A DNA stretch of 64,000 bases from Octopus vulgaris (GCA_951406725.2 OX597822.1:1364001-1428000); one strand, 5' to 3'; shown: positions 13,739-27,390, counted from the first letter of the stretch. The notes: a model not told the origin generated them from the sequence alone. A program made the numbers and translations.

Positions 13739-13875
13739 CGCACAGGCGTGGCTGTGTGGTAAGTAGCTTGCTTCCCAACCACAAGGTTCCGGGGTCAGTT
13801 CCACTGTGTGGCACCAAAACCTTGTGAGTGGATTTGGCAGACGGAAACTAAAAGAAGCCCGTCGCATATATATAT

Positions 13876-13929
<54 letters not shown>

Positions 13930-14323
13930 TTGCGTGTCTGTGTTTGCTCCGCCTACCATCACTTGACAACCGTTATTGGTGTGTTTACGCCGTCGTAACC
14001 AGCGGCTCGGCAAAAGAGACCGATAGAAGTATTAGGCTTAGAAGAAGATTTATCCTAGGGTCAATGTGTGCTCCAGCACAACATACATACATAATAAATA
14101 CATATACATATATGCGTGTGTGTGTGTGTGTGTGTGTGTGTTTATATATATATATGTGTGTGTGTAAGTGTGGAGGCGCAATGCCCTAGTGGTTAGGGCA
14201 ACGGACTCGCGGTTGTAGGATCGCGGTTTCGATTCTCAGACAGGGTGTTGTGAGTGTTTATTGAGCGAAAACACCTAAAGCTCCACGAAGCTCCAGTAGG
14301 GGCTGGTGGTGATCCCTGCATAC

Positions 14324-14365
<42 letters not shown>

Positions 14366-14560
14366 CTTTATGTCTATGTTTGTCCCCTGACCAGTACTTG
14401 ACATGACAATCGATATTTGTGTGTTGGCATTCCTGATAGAATAAGTACTAGGCTTACAAAGTCCTGGGGAAAATTTCTTCAACTAAAAACCTGTTTAAGG
14501 CCGTGCTCCAGCATGGCGCGCAGTCGAATGACTGAAACAAGTAAAAGAATAAAAGAATAA
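13739..14560 (+). mobile_element. SINE cluster: family 2 (13739-14070), family 3 head (14172-14319), family 2 3' half (~14365-14560)
   Basis: Matches to other in-window copies; family 3 head ggaggcgcaatgccctagtggttagg..ggtttcgattc is tRNA-like. Confidence 0.8.
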
Positions 14561-14703
14561 AAGTGTATATGTATATGTATACGCATATGCATGTATGTAC
14601 GTATGTATGTATGTTTGTATGTATGTATGCAGGTATGTATGTATGTATATGTATACGCATATGTATGTGTGTATGTATGTATGCATGTATGTATATATGT
14701 ATG

Positions 14704-14737
<34 letters not shown>

Positions 14738-14756
14738 TGTATGTATGTATGTGTGT

Positions 14757-15308
14757 CAGGTCACTTTCGAGTGCTACTGGTAACATGTAACCCATTATAA
14801 CCTGTTGCATGGTCGGGTCGTCGGCGTCTAAACCGGCAACCCCACCAAGCTTGCTTGGTGAGGGGGGTGTTTGTTGGACACCCTACGGGATGAAAAACAA
14901 AACCCGTCAAAGGGCGGAGGAACTCTTGAGAGTCAACGGCCATCCAATAAATGTCTTATGGCTGTATCATGCGCGGGGACATAGAAATAATCGGACTGAA
15001 TACCCAATCGCGCGGTTAAGCCATTGGGAGTAAAGGACTCCCAGCCTTTGTTAGGGCATCCTTCTAGGAGAAGGTAACTCAGGAAACTGGGATAACTCCG
15101 ACATAAAACCTGCGGCTCAGTGGTTACCGATGATGTTGACTTGTTCTTCTTTTCGGATTATGGCTGCTGTTGCTTAGTGAGTGGGATTGACTCAGTGTAT
15201 AGCCTTTCCTCACTTTAAAATAAAATCTTCTTGCACAGGCATTGCACTATAACAACATTGATTAATCTTCGCGCAATGGCCATTCTCGATAACGAGGGGG
15301 CAGCCACC
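14757..15308 (+). mobile_element. Non-coding retroposon resembling an RTE 5' UTR derivative, inserted in (TATG)n
   Basis: GC-richer 550 bp block with ggcaaccccacc and ggcatccttctaggagaaggtaactc...aaaacctgc motifs typical of RTE leaders; (TATG)n on both sides. Confidence 0.5.
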
Positions 15309-15409
15309 ATGTATATATGTATGTATGTATATATATATATGTATGTATGTATGTATATATGTATGTATATATGTATGTATATATGTATGTATGTATGTAT
15401 CTATGTATG

Positions 15410-15440
<31 letters not shown>

Positions 15441-16070
15441 ATCTGTATGTATGTATGTCTGTATGTATGTATGTATGTATGTATGTATGTATGTATATTT
15501 GTATGTATGTATGTATGTATGTATGTATGTATGTATGTATGTATTTTTGTATGTATGTATGTATGTATGTATATTTGTATGTATGTATGTATGTATGTAT
15601 GTATGTATGTATGTATGTATGTATGTATGTATGTATTATGTATGTATGTATGTATGTATGTATGTGTGTATGTATGTATGTATGTATGTATGTATGTATG
15701 TATGTATGTATGTATTTTTGTATGTATGTATGTATGTATTTTTGTATGTATGTATGTATGTATGTATGCATGCATGTATGTATGTATGTATGTATGTATG
15801 TATGTATGTATGTATGTATGTATTTTTGTATGTATGTATGTATATTTGTATGTATGTATGTGTGTATGTATGTATGTATGTATGTATGTATATTTGTATG
15901 TATGTATGTGTGTATGTATGTATGTATATTTGTATGTATGTATGTGTGTATGTATGTATGTATGTATGTATGTATGTATGTATGTATGTATGTATGTATG
16001 TATTTTTGTATGTATGTATGTATGTATGTATGTATGTATGTATGTATGTATGTATGTATGTATGTATGTA
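15309..16070. repeat. ~760 bp (TATG)n microsatellite with recurrent variant units
   Basis: Direct reading; recurring tatttttg, tatatttg and tgtg interruptions. Confidence 0.95.
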
Positions 16071-16708
16071 TACTCACACGCGATTACATTGCGGAAGAAT
16101 AATTTGAGTTTTTTTAAGGATGTTACATTCACGTAGCGCTATTTTCCTTTATATTTTCTACTCTAAGTTATTTCCATGGTGACACCTTGGCATTCATACT
16201 GATTTTGTATTTATGTTATGTATCATTTTCGTAGGATAACCTTCATATATGTGTGTGGATGCTATATGGTTTACGAATATGCATCTAAGAAAGACCGCTG
16301 CTCGGATATAACTTTTCAGAAGAAGTTAACGTGCCATTTCTAAACATGGGCTTGGCGTCCATTTTGTTAAATTAATTATGCCGAAATCTTATAATTGGAT
16401 TTTGAATGGTCTGTGAACATTTATTGTTAATGATTCGAAATTTATTGCATTTTTACCTCCCATAGTATAACACAAATGTTCGAGAGGGAATAATTGCTTT
16501 AAAGAGATTGAGGTGTTGGTAGGTGAACAGTATGGTAGCCTGGAAGTAATTGGTTGGTAAGCATTGTTTTATGGTTTTTAGTTCCTGAATATGGAATTAT
16601 GTTGCAATCGATTTGAAGAACATGATTATCAGGATGTCATATTAACTGGATAGCAGCCGTGGTAGCTGATTTACAGTAAAGCAATTATCATAATTATAAT
16701 TATTATTA

Positions 16709-17331
16709 AATCGGCGAGTTTGGCAGAAGCGTTAGCACGACGGATAAAATGCTTAGCGGTATTTCGTCTGTCTTTACGTTCTGTGTTCAAATTCCGCCGA
16801 GGTCAACTTTGCCTTTCATCCCTTCGGGGTCAATAGAATAGGTAACAATTGAACACCCCTTCCCCAAGATTGCTGCCTTTGTGGAAAAATTTGAAGCTTT
16901 TATTATTATTGTTATTGTTATTGTTGTTATTGCTGTTGTTGTTGTTAAGGCAGCGAGCTGGCAGAATCGTTAGCACGCTGGGCGAATGCTTAGCGTTATT
17001 TCGTCTGAGTTCAAATTCCGCCGATGTCGACTTTGCCTTTCATCCTTTCGGGGTCGATTAAATAGGTACCAGTTACGCACTGGGGTCGATTTAATCGACT
17101 TAATCCGTTTGTCTGACTTTGTTTGTCTCCTCTATGTTTAGCCCCTTGCGGGTAATAAGGAGACAGGTATTTCGTCTGCCGTTACGTTCTGAGTTCAAAT
17201 TCCGCCGAGGTAGACTTTGTCTTTTACCCGTTCAGGGTCGATAAAATTAGTACCAGTTCACCCTGGGGTCGATGTAATCGACTTAATCCTTTCCCTCAAA
17301 TTTCAGGCCTTGTACTTCCAGTAGAAAGGAT
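16709..17331 (+). mobile_element. SINE family 1: monomer (16709-16897) and dimer (16947-17331)
   Basis: Same head/body; the dimer has tail B (tagccccttgcgggtaataagg) in unit 1 and tail A (aaatttcaggccttgt..gtagaaagga) in unit 2. Confidence 0.85.
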
Positions 17332-17345
17332 CATCGTTATTATAT

Positions 17346-17640
17346 TGGTTTGTCTCAGGTCCGGTTTCATTCCTGGTAGGAGTTATGGGGCTAGCGGGTC
17401 ACTGCTCGTAACCTTAGGTATCCGCAAGTTTCCAACAGTTTCTCAAGCGCTAAGGAACTTCCTGATAATATTTGCCGTCCCTAAGAGACAACCTTTTGGT
17501 AGAAGCTCTACGGGGCATTCTATTCCAATTTCCTTCAGCCATTTGTCTAAATCTTTGCTTTCTGTTCCCAACGCACTAATTCGTTAGGCTCGACCTTTAC
17601 TGATCGCATGCTTCAAATTCTTCCTGTTTCCAATTTTGTT
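17346..17640 (-). mobile_element. R4/Dong-like (restriction-like endonuclease) LINE 3' end
   Basis: ISALGTESKDLDKWLKEIGIECPVELLPKGCLLGTANIIRKFLSA* parallels GALG...LQK..LLGTA.I.R. Confidence 0.75.
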
Positions 17641-17685
17641 ATTATTATTGTCATCATTAGTATTATTATTGTTATTATTAATCCT

Positions 17686-17900
17686 AAGGCGGCGAACTGG
17701 CAGAATCGTTAGCACGCAGGACGAAATGCTTAGCGGTATTTCGTCCGCCGCGACGTTCTGAGTTCAAATTCCGCCGAGGTCAACTTTGCCTTTCATATTT
17801 TTGGGGTTGATAAATTAAGTACCAGTGAAACACTGGGGCCGATGTAATCAACTATTCCGCTCCCCGAAAATTTCAGGCGCTGGGTCTATAGTAGGAAGGA
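17686..17900 (+). mobile_element. SINE family 1 monomer with tail A
   Basis: aaggcggcgaactggcagaatcgttagc...gtaggaagga(tta)n. Confidence 0.85.
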
Positions 17901-18952
17901 TTATTATTACTATTAATCCTACAGGTGCCCACGGCTGATCCTGTTATGCGCGAAAGGGGACGAAACCTGGCAGTACTGGGCAGTGTTAACTCATGACATT
18001 TTCTCTATTCGGAATTCAACCGAGTTTACAACGTAAAATATCCCATCTTAGCTCTTCAAAGAAGAGAGAGAAAGAAACACAGAAAGAGTGAGAGAAAGAA
18101 AAAGAGGGAGACAGGTAGAAAGAGAGAATTTGGCTGAAAGGATAAGTGAGAGAAGAATAAGAATCACCCTTGAAACCGCTAACTTTTTCTGTTATGTATT
18201 TCGGTTCCTTCCAGTATGTGTGTAGCGTGACTTTGCGTGGCTGCGTGTGATTAGCACTGTTAGGTCATAAACAACATTATAATATGTATGTGTGTAAGCA
18301 GAAGTAGGGAGAAGTCCTTGTAGATGCCCAAAGCCAACATTTAATTCCGTTAGTATTTTCAAAAAATCCTCTTTCATATAACATCTGACGATCGCTTCTA
18401 CAGGAAGAAGGCTTCAAGTAAAGTGAAATTAGTCTACTTCCACTTAAATTAAATACATACACACAAACACACACACAAAAAACACAAAACACACACACAA
18501 AACACAAAACACACACACAAAACACAAAACAATATATTACACAAACACACACACATACACACGAGCACATATATTTATCATTAATAGGTTAGTGTTTTTG
18601 TGTTCAAAACAAATTATCTTTGAAAATTTTTATGTCAGATTATAATTTAAAATACGGTATCTATTGATAATGGTTTTAAATTATAATTTCAAATTTATAG
18701 ATTTCTTTTTTGCCCTTTAGATTTACGCAGGCAATCAATTTATATATATACATATACATACTTATATATGTGTATGTATATGTATATACATACATACATA
18801 CATATCTAAATATATGTGTGTGTGTATATATATATGCATACATACATTCATTCACACATACATGCATGACTACATACATGTGTATACATATAAATATGTA
18901 TGTATATAAATGCATACTACTACTACTACTAATGATAATGATGATGATAATG

Positions 18953-19057
<105 letters not shown>

Positions 19058-19096
19058 AGCAGAAGAGCAACAATAATAATAACCGAAAGAATCAAG

Positions 19097-19134
<38 letters not shown>

Positions 19135-19276
19135 TTTAAATTAAACCTCCTTATATACCTCCCGTGAGAGATAAGCATGCACAATATTCATATACACACA
19201 CTTAAATACATTTAAATATGCATGTATATTTGTGATATAGCTATATATATACATATATACATGCATATACATTTAC

Positions 19277-19308
<32 letters not shown>

Positions 19309-19567
19309 TTTATTCATACAACACAAATACAAGTAGGTATTTATTTATTCTGAGATCAGACCACATAGTTGCTACTCGGAGTTTATATCTCTGTTTCGTT
19401 GTCTGAGGGATCTAGCTGCTCCGTGAATTTTGTTCCACTTCAAAGCAGTGACTACCTTTTGGTTCCATTGCAGTCTACAACACTGCAAACCTATAATCAT
19501 ATACGTTTGTACCTTAGTGTGTGTGCACATGCTAGTGAGGCATTTGATCTATCTATCTACCTATCTG

Positions 19568-19681
<114 letters not shown>

Positions 19682-20135
19682 CATCTGTCTATATAGGCTC
19701 TCACTCGTACATTGATACAGATATACGTTTTTCTTATACATTGACGCACTGGCGAATCATAAAGCGTTCACACACTCACACATATAATCATATTCATGCA
19801 CTAACACACAGGGACACACACGTATGGACATCTGTGTGTCTATATATAAATAGAAAGGTGAATGTAGATATATAACCGCTTTCGTACATGCATACGCTCT
19901 TATACATACATACTTATGCCTACGCACCCACATATACGCACACACACACACACACACTCACTCACACACACTGATGTCGGAAATCGCCTCAATGAAGAGT
20001 ATACATTTATAAATATCTTATACATATATATACATATTAAGAATTACGCTAATGTTTCCCTAAGTCTATAAATACTAATTTACGAGACCATATATGTATA
20101 CACATATATTTCTAAATGCATATATTTGTGTTCGT

Positions 20136-20172
<37 letters not shown>

Positions 20173-20512
20173 AAAGTAAAGTTAATAAATATTCGTATAT
20201 AAAAGCAAGAAAGCCACCGAAAAGACTGCCTCCACTCATTGCCTGTTGTCAAATTTAATGGCTTCATCGTCGAAACAAATGTTTGATAATTATTCTGTTT
20301 TATCAACTGTCTTCCCGTGACATATCATTTATCAAATCATGGACTTCAGGCCAAGTGAATGTAAAATTTCGATATGAAACAGCTTACGATGTTCGTCTGT
20401 TTGTTTTATAACGTTTTTGCTTTTGTTTTAACTGGGTTTTTTTGTCTTGTTTTGATTCTGATTTTGATTTTTCGGTTTCTACGTGTAGTCATGTTGCTAT
20501 TTTCTCTTTCTC

Positions 20513-20560
<48 letters not shown>

Positions 20561-20679
20561 CATACATATTCTCATGGTATGAAACTCATATTTACGCACT
20601 GTCTCACTATACATGTATATACTGTTTACATAAGTGTATGTATGTATGCATATTGTGTATATATATATATATATATACA

Positions 20680-20717
<38 letters not shown>

Positions 20718-20974
20718 CGCACACACACACATATATATATAAATATATGTATATACAATCATCCATTAACACGATTATTCAATGAAGAACTTGGGCTGGT
20801 AGTTCTGTAGATCGAATCTCTAAAACCCATATGGGCAGAAATTCTAACCGACATCCATCCACCCGTCCATGCATGCATGCGTCCATCCATCCATCCATCC
20901 ATCCATCCATCCATCCATACATACATGAACACATACATATCCTGTCTGTGTCCCCTGTGGCCAGTGCTAAGTTT

Positions 20975-21330
20975 TACAAATACATAGGAATCGATAAGAG
21001 CAATGCATGCGTTGGTTTCGCGAGTAAAATTAAAGTGACAAAAGAATGCTGCAGAAAACTTCAGAAGTTATGGAACTCAAAGCTGTTTGTATTCAACGAA
21101 ACTATGTCACACAAGGCGCCAATGCTTATATCAGTGTTTGAGATAATAATCTGGAAGCGTCATAATATCCGCAACATGGCCATAGGGGCTAGAAAAACGA
21201 TTCACAACGATTCACAACTTCTATATCTGCAACGAAACCGGCAGGAGTAATGTTGAAAGGAAAGATGGAAGCAGAGTCGAAAAACTCAGTCCAGACGGCC
21301 TTTGAGTGCCACATCGTATCACTTAGACAA
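20975..21330 (+). mobile_element. Decayed R4/Dong-like RT thumb fragment
   Basis: [34 protein letters not shown]...FEIIIW..IRNMAIGARK parallels YKYLGI...V.KE..R..KI..SEL..NK...FGI..W..D..TRK. Confidence 0.6.
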
Positions 21331-21394
21331 CAACTATCGAACAATAAAGAGAGAAATGCGTGCATCATGTGTATGCTCAATTAAAAAGTTAATA

Positions 21395-21852
21395 CTAGTT
21401 TCAAATTTAGGCACAAGTCCATCAATATTGAGGGAGGGAATAAGTCGATTGCATCGACACCACTACGCAGCTGGTACCTATTTCAATGACGACGAATGGA
21501 TGAAAGGCAAAGTGGAGATCGGCGAATATTTTAAACTCCGAACGTAAAGACGGACGAAATCCCGCTAAGCATTTTGCACAGCGTGCTGACCATTCTGCCA
21601 GGTAACCGCCTTAACACTGAAGACAATATTATCATGAAATTTAAGGCGGCGGGCTTGCAGAATCATTTGCCTGTCGGGCAAAATGCTTATCCTCATTTCG
21701 TCCGTCTTTACGTTCTGAGTTCAAATTCCACCGAGGTTGACTTTGCCTTTCAACCTTTGGGGTTCGATAAAATAAGCATAAGCTGAACACTGGGATAGAT
21801 GTAATCGACTTATCCTCTCCCCCGAAATTGCTGGTCAAATTTTGAAACCATT
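21395..21852. mobile_element. Head-to-head pair of SINE family 1 monomers (- 21395-21612; + 21643-21852)
   Basis: ccgcctt-30 bp-aaggcgg; both diverged copies of the family. Confidence 0.75.
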
Positions 21853-21977
21853 GTTATCATGATTTTCAGCGAAATATCCTCAACTGGTACCTTGAGACTC
21901 AAGCCGTTCTTTGGAGAGAGCTAATTAAACATAGATTTGAAAAAGAAATGCTCATTGTACCAGCAGATGTATGTATG

Positions 21978-22040
<63 letters not shown>

Positions 22041-22749
22041 AAGGAGTTGTCGTCAACTGACGTAATTAGTGTGTGCGTGTGTGTGTTAGTTTTTGCAAGT
22101 TTTAACAAAACATAGTTGATACTGTCAAAATATTTGTAAAAGCATTTTCTAAAAAATTATTAAGTATTTAATATTCTTCTTATTTACTCCTACTTTAAAA
22201 AAAAAACTGAATAGCATAACTCTTTACAATAAATTGATAGTGTGTCTAAGTGCTTCCGTTGTTCAGTTTTTCTGATGCACGTGTTATACAGTAATCCATA
22301 TGGAGGCAGTTGAACATTTCCGGTTTGGTTTTGGATTTAGAATTCTTCTAAAATAATTCTTTAGTATTTCGCAGTTAAACATTTTCACCTTTTGTTTTGA
22401 AGGAAGAAAACGTTTTTAAGTAGTGAAAATTTGTGGGAAGAAAAAATTAAAATTATTCCCTTTTTCAAAAATAAAAAAAAGAAAGAAAATCAACATCTAC
22501 GATAAACAAAGAATAATTTATACGAATTCTAGATCCAAAACTAAACCGGAAATATTCAACAACACTAATATAAACAACTTCCTCTATTTGGATTATGCCC
22601 ACAATATGAGTTTTTTGAAAATAGTTGGACAATGAGAGTGCCTACACACACAATACAAAAATTTCATTCCAAAAAGTTCGTGTTATTCTGTTTTCCCAAG
22701 AATTTTTTAAAACAGTTAATAACTTTAAAAAAAAATAATTCTCAAATAC

Positions 22750-22979
22750 GAACTGCTAGAAGCTTTCTAATTTCCTACATCTTGATTCTTGGATCTTATC
22801 TATACATATTACTATATATATATATATTTATATGTGTGTGTGTGTGTGTGTATGTATGTATATATATTTATATATGTATATATATATATATATATAATAT
22901 ATAAATATATATATACATATTACTATATATATATATATATATATATATAAATGAATGCATATATACATACATTTATATA

Positions 22980-23018
<39 letters not shown>

Positions 23019-23300
23019 ATAGTTAAGGTAAGACACAAGGATCAAGATGTAGGGAGTTAGTAAGCTTCTTAGCAGTTCGTAAAAGGGATAAAAACTAACT
23101 TTAGTGGTTTATTGGCGTAGGAAGTTGTACATTTTTCGCATATCGAAGTTCGATGAGTCGAAAAGCGTTATTTTATAGTTCGCTGTTAGCAACTGAGCTT
23201 GCAGGGTATACGAATAAAAATCCAAACTTAGGGAAGTGAGATGATAAAATCCAGGCTGCATATGTTTTCTAGCCATCAGAAACTCGGAAGTAGTAATTAC
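22750..23300. repeat. (TA)n-associated element with ~50 bp inverted repeat around a TA tract; family copy at ~60860-61170
   Basis: actgctagaagctttctaatttcctacatcttgattcttggatcttatc (22752-22800) vs ggtaagacacaaggatcaagatgtagggagttagtaagcttcttagcagt (23027-23076); gataagatccaaggatcaagatgtagg at 60861. Confidence 0.7.
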
Positions 23301-23398
23301 CCAAACGAGGGGTGCTCCTCTAGCTAATCATGCATATTTTGATTGACGCAAAATACACTCACACACACACACACACACACGTATCTATACATAGACAA

Positions 23399-23432
<34 letters not shown>

Positions 23433-23634
23433 GTGGTGAGAAAGATGAATAAGAGAAAATTAGATAATAGCAACATATATATATATATGTGTGTGTGAGT
23501 GTGTGTAGTTATGTATTTATATGTATATGTTACTCTCTGTCTCTCTCATCAATATATATTGTAAAGAAAGAAAGAGAGCGAGAGATATGCACATATACAC
23601 GCATACATACCTCCATACATGCCTACATATATAC

Positions 23635-23730
<96 letters not shown>

Positions 23731-23797
23731 CTATCTATATGTATAAATGTATATATATATATGTGTGTGTATATATATGTATATATGTATGTATGTA

Positions 23798-23829
<32 letters not shown>

Positions 23830-23833
<4 letters not shown>

Positions 23834-24201
23834 GCGGTGACTATATTGTCTAAATTACGCAAAACTGAAAATAACTCTGTCATCTCATTTTAATAGATAT
23901 ATTTAGCAAAATTACATAAAAATATCTTGAAATACTAAAGAGTAAATTTATTCAATAAATTCGCAATCTGCTTCAACCACACCCTCCATACGACTTCTGA
24001 ATTTCCTACAACTCTTCTGGATGGTCTCCTTTTTTAAGTTGGTGAATACTGCCATAATACTTCAGTTCATCTTTGGTGTTACAGGCAATTTTGTTGGTCT
24101 CTCACTCAACTGTGCCCCGTACATAATATTCAAGGGGGTTGCAGTCTGGAGAGTTAGTTAGCCAGATTTTAGGGGTGATGTGGTCGCAGAAATTGTCTGA
24201 A

Positions 24202-24205
<4 letters not shown>
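23830..24205 (-). mobile_element. Inverted duplicate of the 3' part of the adjacent maT element
   Basis: 23881-24205 is the near-identical reverse complement of 24749-25073. Confidence 0.9.
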
Positions 24206-24262
<57 letters not shown>

Positions 24263-24264
<2 letters not shown>

Positions 24265-25074
24265 GGGTGCGATGAATAATTTGTCACCGTTTTATATTTT
24301 TAATTTCGCGTATGCGCATTGTTTGTTTTGATATTCTCGATAACACAGTATAATAGGGTTAGATGGGCACCGTCTGTGAGTAAAACACCACCATGACGCA
24401 ATTCACTCTGCCAGAAATTTGGAATCGACAAGCTGTACTGCTTGGCATTCACACCGGTAGCTCCAACACGAACATTTCAGAGTGTTTGGGTGTCAATCTG
24501 AGGACATGTATCGAGAGTCATAAAAAACAAACATCCAGTCAACATCATGGTGTTTGAAGCGATCACTAGTGATGGTGAAGTTATGCCTCCATTCACCTTC
24601 CCACACGGCCTCACCCTCAACAAGGAGGCCTACATGAAATGCCTGGAGGGGAGAGTGCTACCCTGGGTGAAGAGGGTGGGTGCTGGGAAACCCTATGTTT
24701 GGCAACAGGGTTCTGCACCATGTCACACCAGCAGGAGAACACAGCGATAGCTGTCAGACAATTTCTGCGACCACATCACCCCTAAAATCTGGCTAACTAA
24801 CTCCCCAGACTGCAACCCCCTTGAATATTATGTACGGGGCACAGTTGAGTGAGAGACCAACAAAATTGCCTGTAACACCAAAGATGAACTGAAGTATTAT
24901 GGCAGTATTCACCAACTTAAAAAAGAAGACCATCCAGAAGAGTTGTAGGAAATTCAGAAGTCGTATGGAGGCTGTGGTTGAAGCAGATAGCGAATTTATT
25001 GAATAAATTTACTCTTTAGTATTTCAAGATATTTTTATGTAATTTTGCTAAATATATCCATTAAAATGAGATGA
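24263..25074 (+). mobile_element. Internally deleted maT (DD37D-type) Tc1/mariner transposon, pseudogenised
   Basis: ta|cagggtg terminus; KHPVNIMVFEAITSDG...YVWQQGSAPCHTSRRTQR*LSDNFCDHITPKIWLTNSPDCNPLEYYV...RSRMEAVVEADSEFIE*; 37 residues between the 2nd and 3rd catalytic positions. Confidence 0.88.
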
Positions 25075-25084
25075 ATATATATAT

Positions 25085-25159
<75 letters not shown>

Positions 25160-25204
25160 ATATATATATATATATATATATACTATATATATATATATAT
25201 ATAT

Positions 25205-26450
25205 ATTAAAACTAAGGATTTCTCCGAAGTAACAATAGCATTACCTTTAATTCTATAATTAAATACTGCCTTTTAACACCAACACATGTTTCAATTGCAC
25301 TGATTAGTAACTGTTCCTATTCCAACCCTACTATAAAATGGTGCAGTCTCTTCAAGGTCTTAACTTGATATTCCTTGGTATGGCTGTGTAATGATTTTCT
25401 TTTATAAACTCTGCATTGTACAATTTAGAGTTGTCTTTGAACAATCTCTATTTCTACTTGTTATTGGATAATCATTTTCAGTCCATCATTTCAAAACCTT
25501 TTTATAGTTTAAATGATAATTACTCATTTATATTTGGCAATTGTAAATTTCCCTATGTGCAGGCATCTCAATGCTTGATTCCGTCTAGAATTTATTGCAT
25601 TACCTTTTGATGCAAACATCCTGCAAAATTCTTATACATACAGGTCGCATCTCTTGGTTTTAGGTATGCATGGATTTACAGTACAAATTAACTCCCATTT
25701 AATCATATAGTTATTGTTACTGTCCTTAAAAGACCAGATTAATTTGCTAAGGCTGATTTGGAACCTTTTATTTTTTTCTTAAATAAACTCAAATGATTTG
25801 CCAATCTCTTCTTGATTATTAATGATGTCCCCCTGAAGAAAAAGAATTCCTTACCCTCAGATGTAACTACACATCTACATATTATACTTTAAGTTTTACA
25901 CTTATTTTTCACATAACATAATTCCCATTTAGAACAATTACAAAGATAGCCTTTTATATTTCTCTCAGATTTAGTTTCAATTTGATCATTGACTGTAGAA
26001 TTAAATTAATTTCCACCCAGTTCTCTATTATTACTTACTCCTATAGATAACGTTATCCTTGTTCTATTTCTAGCTGAACTTTTATTCGATTTGACGTTAT
26101 TATTTATGTTAAATTGGGTTTAAACCCCTTCCCACGACATTAAATTTCTTAGCGTTCCTTTGTATTTGAATTTCTTTATTTCGTTTGACGTTATTATGCT
26201 TCGAATTTATTACGTTATTCTGACTGTAATCGCTTTTTTGAAATTTCGATATTATTTGAATATTATGTGTTGCTATAATTTGTGCAATATTACGGCTAAG
26301 ACAATAACCCAATCTAATTTATACTCATCAAAATATTTTGTAATATCTGTGGTTTCTTGGAAAATATTTTGGAATGCTATATTATACAATTTGGAAAAAT
26401 TGTAATTGACCTGTTTATATATAAGCTACTTGGTATCTTTTATGTAACAG
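25205..26450 (-). mobile_element. Decayed Penelope-like element: linker + GIY-YIG endonuclease + 3' pseudo-LTR
   Basis: Minus strand (with stops/frameshifts): KYFPRNHRYYKIF..IRLGYCLSRNIAQIIATHN; CNCSKWELCYVKNKC..IICRCVV..KKRLANHLSLF..SLSKLIWSFKD..IKWELI..KRCDLYV*E..INSR..RCLHIGKF. Confidence 0.85.
25278..25359 (-). ncRNA. Hammerhead ribozyme-like motif in the Penelope pseudo-LTR (C3U core)
   Basis: ACC-UUGAAGA-GACUGCAC...GUGCAAUU-GAAAC-AUGU-GUU-GGU: stem I ACC/GGU, long stem II, minimal stem III. Confidence 0.6.
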
Positions 26451-26694
26451 TGTATCGTATCTAGCAGAATGCATTGTTTTATTCTTATACACACATACTC
26501 ACATATACATCACATATATATTTGCACTAGTTACATGTGTTGGTGTGTTTGTGCATGTGTGTTTCGTTGTGTGAGTGAAATTATTATTAGACAAATAACC
26601 AGAAAAGAAGAAACAACACAATAAAGTAAATGGTAGGTGTTTATACAAGAAAGAAACAATGTATATATATATATATTTATATATATATATATAT

Positions 26695-26907
<213 letters not shown>

Positions 26908-26946
26908 TAAAATTTCTTTATCGGACAGAACTTAGAGTTTGCATCT

Positions 26947-27171
26947 GCGAGGGTCGGCTGAAAGGTTCATGGAATATAATCAAACGTGGTTTATTTTTCA
27001 ACATAGTCCTCCTCGTGGTGCACATACCTCTTCTACTGGTGTTGCAGGGCTGGGATCCAGTTGATGAAGTTTTTGTCGTGTTCGTAAAAACGTCATCAAC
27101 AACAGATATTGGTTCCGAGCCGGGTGTATTTTTCATGTTGGGGAACATATAGTCAGACGGGGCCAAATCAG
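26947..27171 (-). mobile_element. mariner 3' remnant
   Basis: PDLAPSDYMFPNMK...GIPALQH..RYVHHEEDYVEK* followed by a TIR-like end. Confidence 0.75.
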
Positions 27172-27390
27172 GAGGCGCGTGGCTCAGTAGTAAAGGTGCT
27201 AGACACATGAATGTAAGATTGTGGTTTCTTGGAGTGGGTGACGTGTTGTGTTCTTGAGCAAGCACTTCATTTCACGGTGCTTCAGTCTATTCAGTTGGCA
27301 CAAAATAAGTAATCCTGCGACGGACTGGTGTCTCATCCCAGTGGGGACCTGAAAACCGACCCTTATATGTCGATATGACTCGAGAAGGTA
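27171..27390 (+). mobile_element. tRNA/CORE-like SINE family 4 (older copies at ~7118-7220 and ~56060-56200)
   Basis: ggaggcgcgtggctcagtagtaa head; gtgttcttgagcaagcacttc CORE-like segment; cctgcgacggactgg tail. Confidence 0.6.

Noticed and set aside
14172-14245. tRNA-like sequences at SINE heads (also 29272, 35074, 27171)
   Set aside because: Continue into SINE bodies and lack a full cloverleaf; not tRNA genes
15231-16136. Long ORFs (260-301 aa) and similar MYVC/IYIY/YLSI/poly-I/L/N ORFs across the window
   Set aside because: Translations of stop-free microsatellites; no splice or domain evidence
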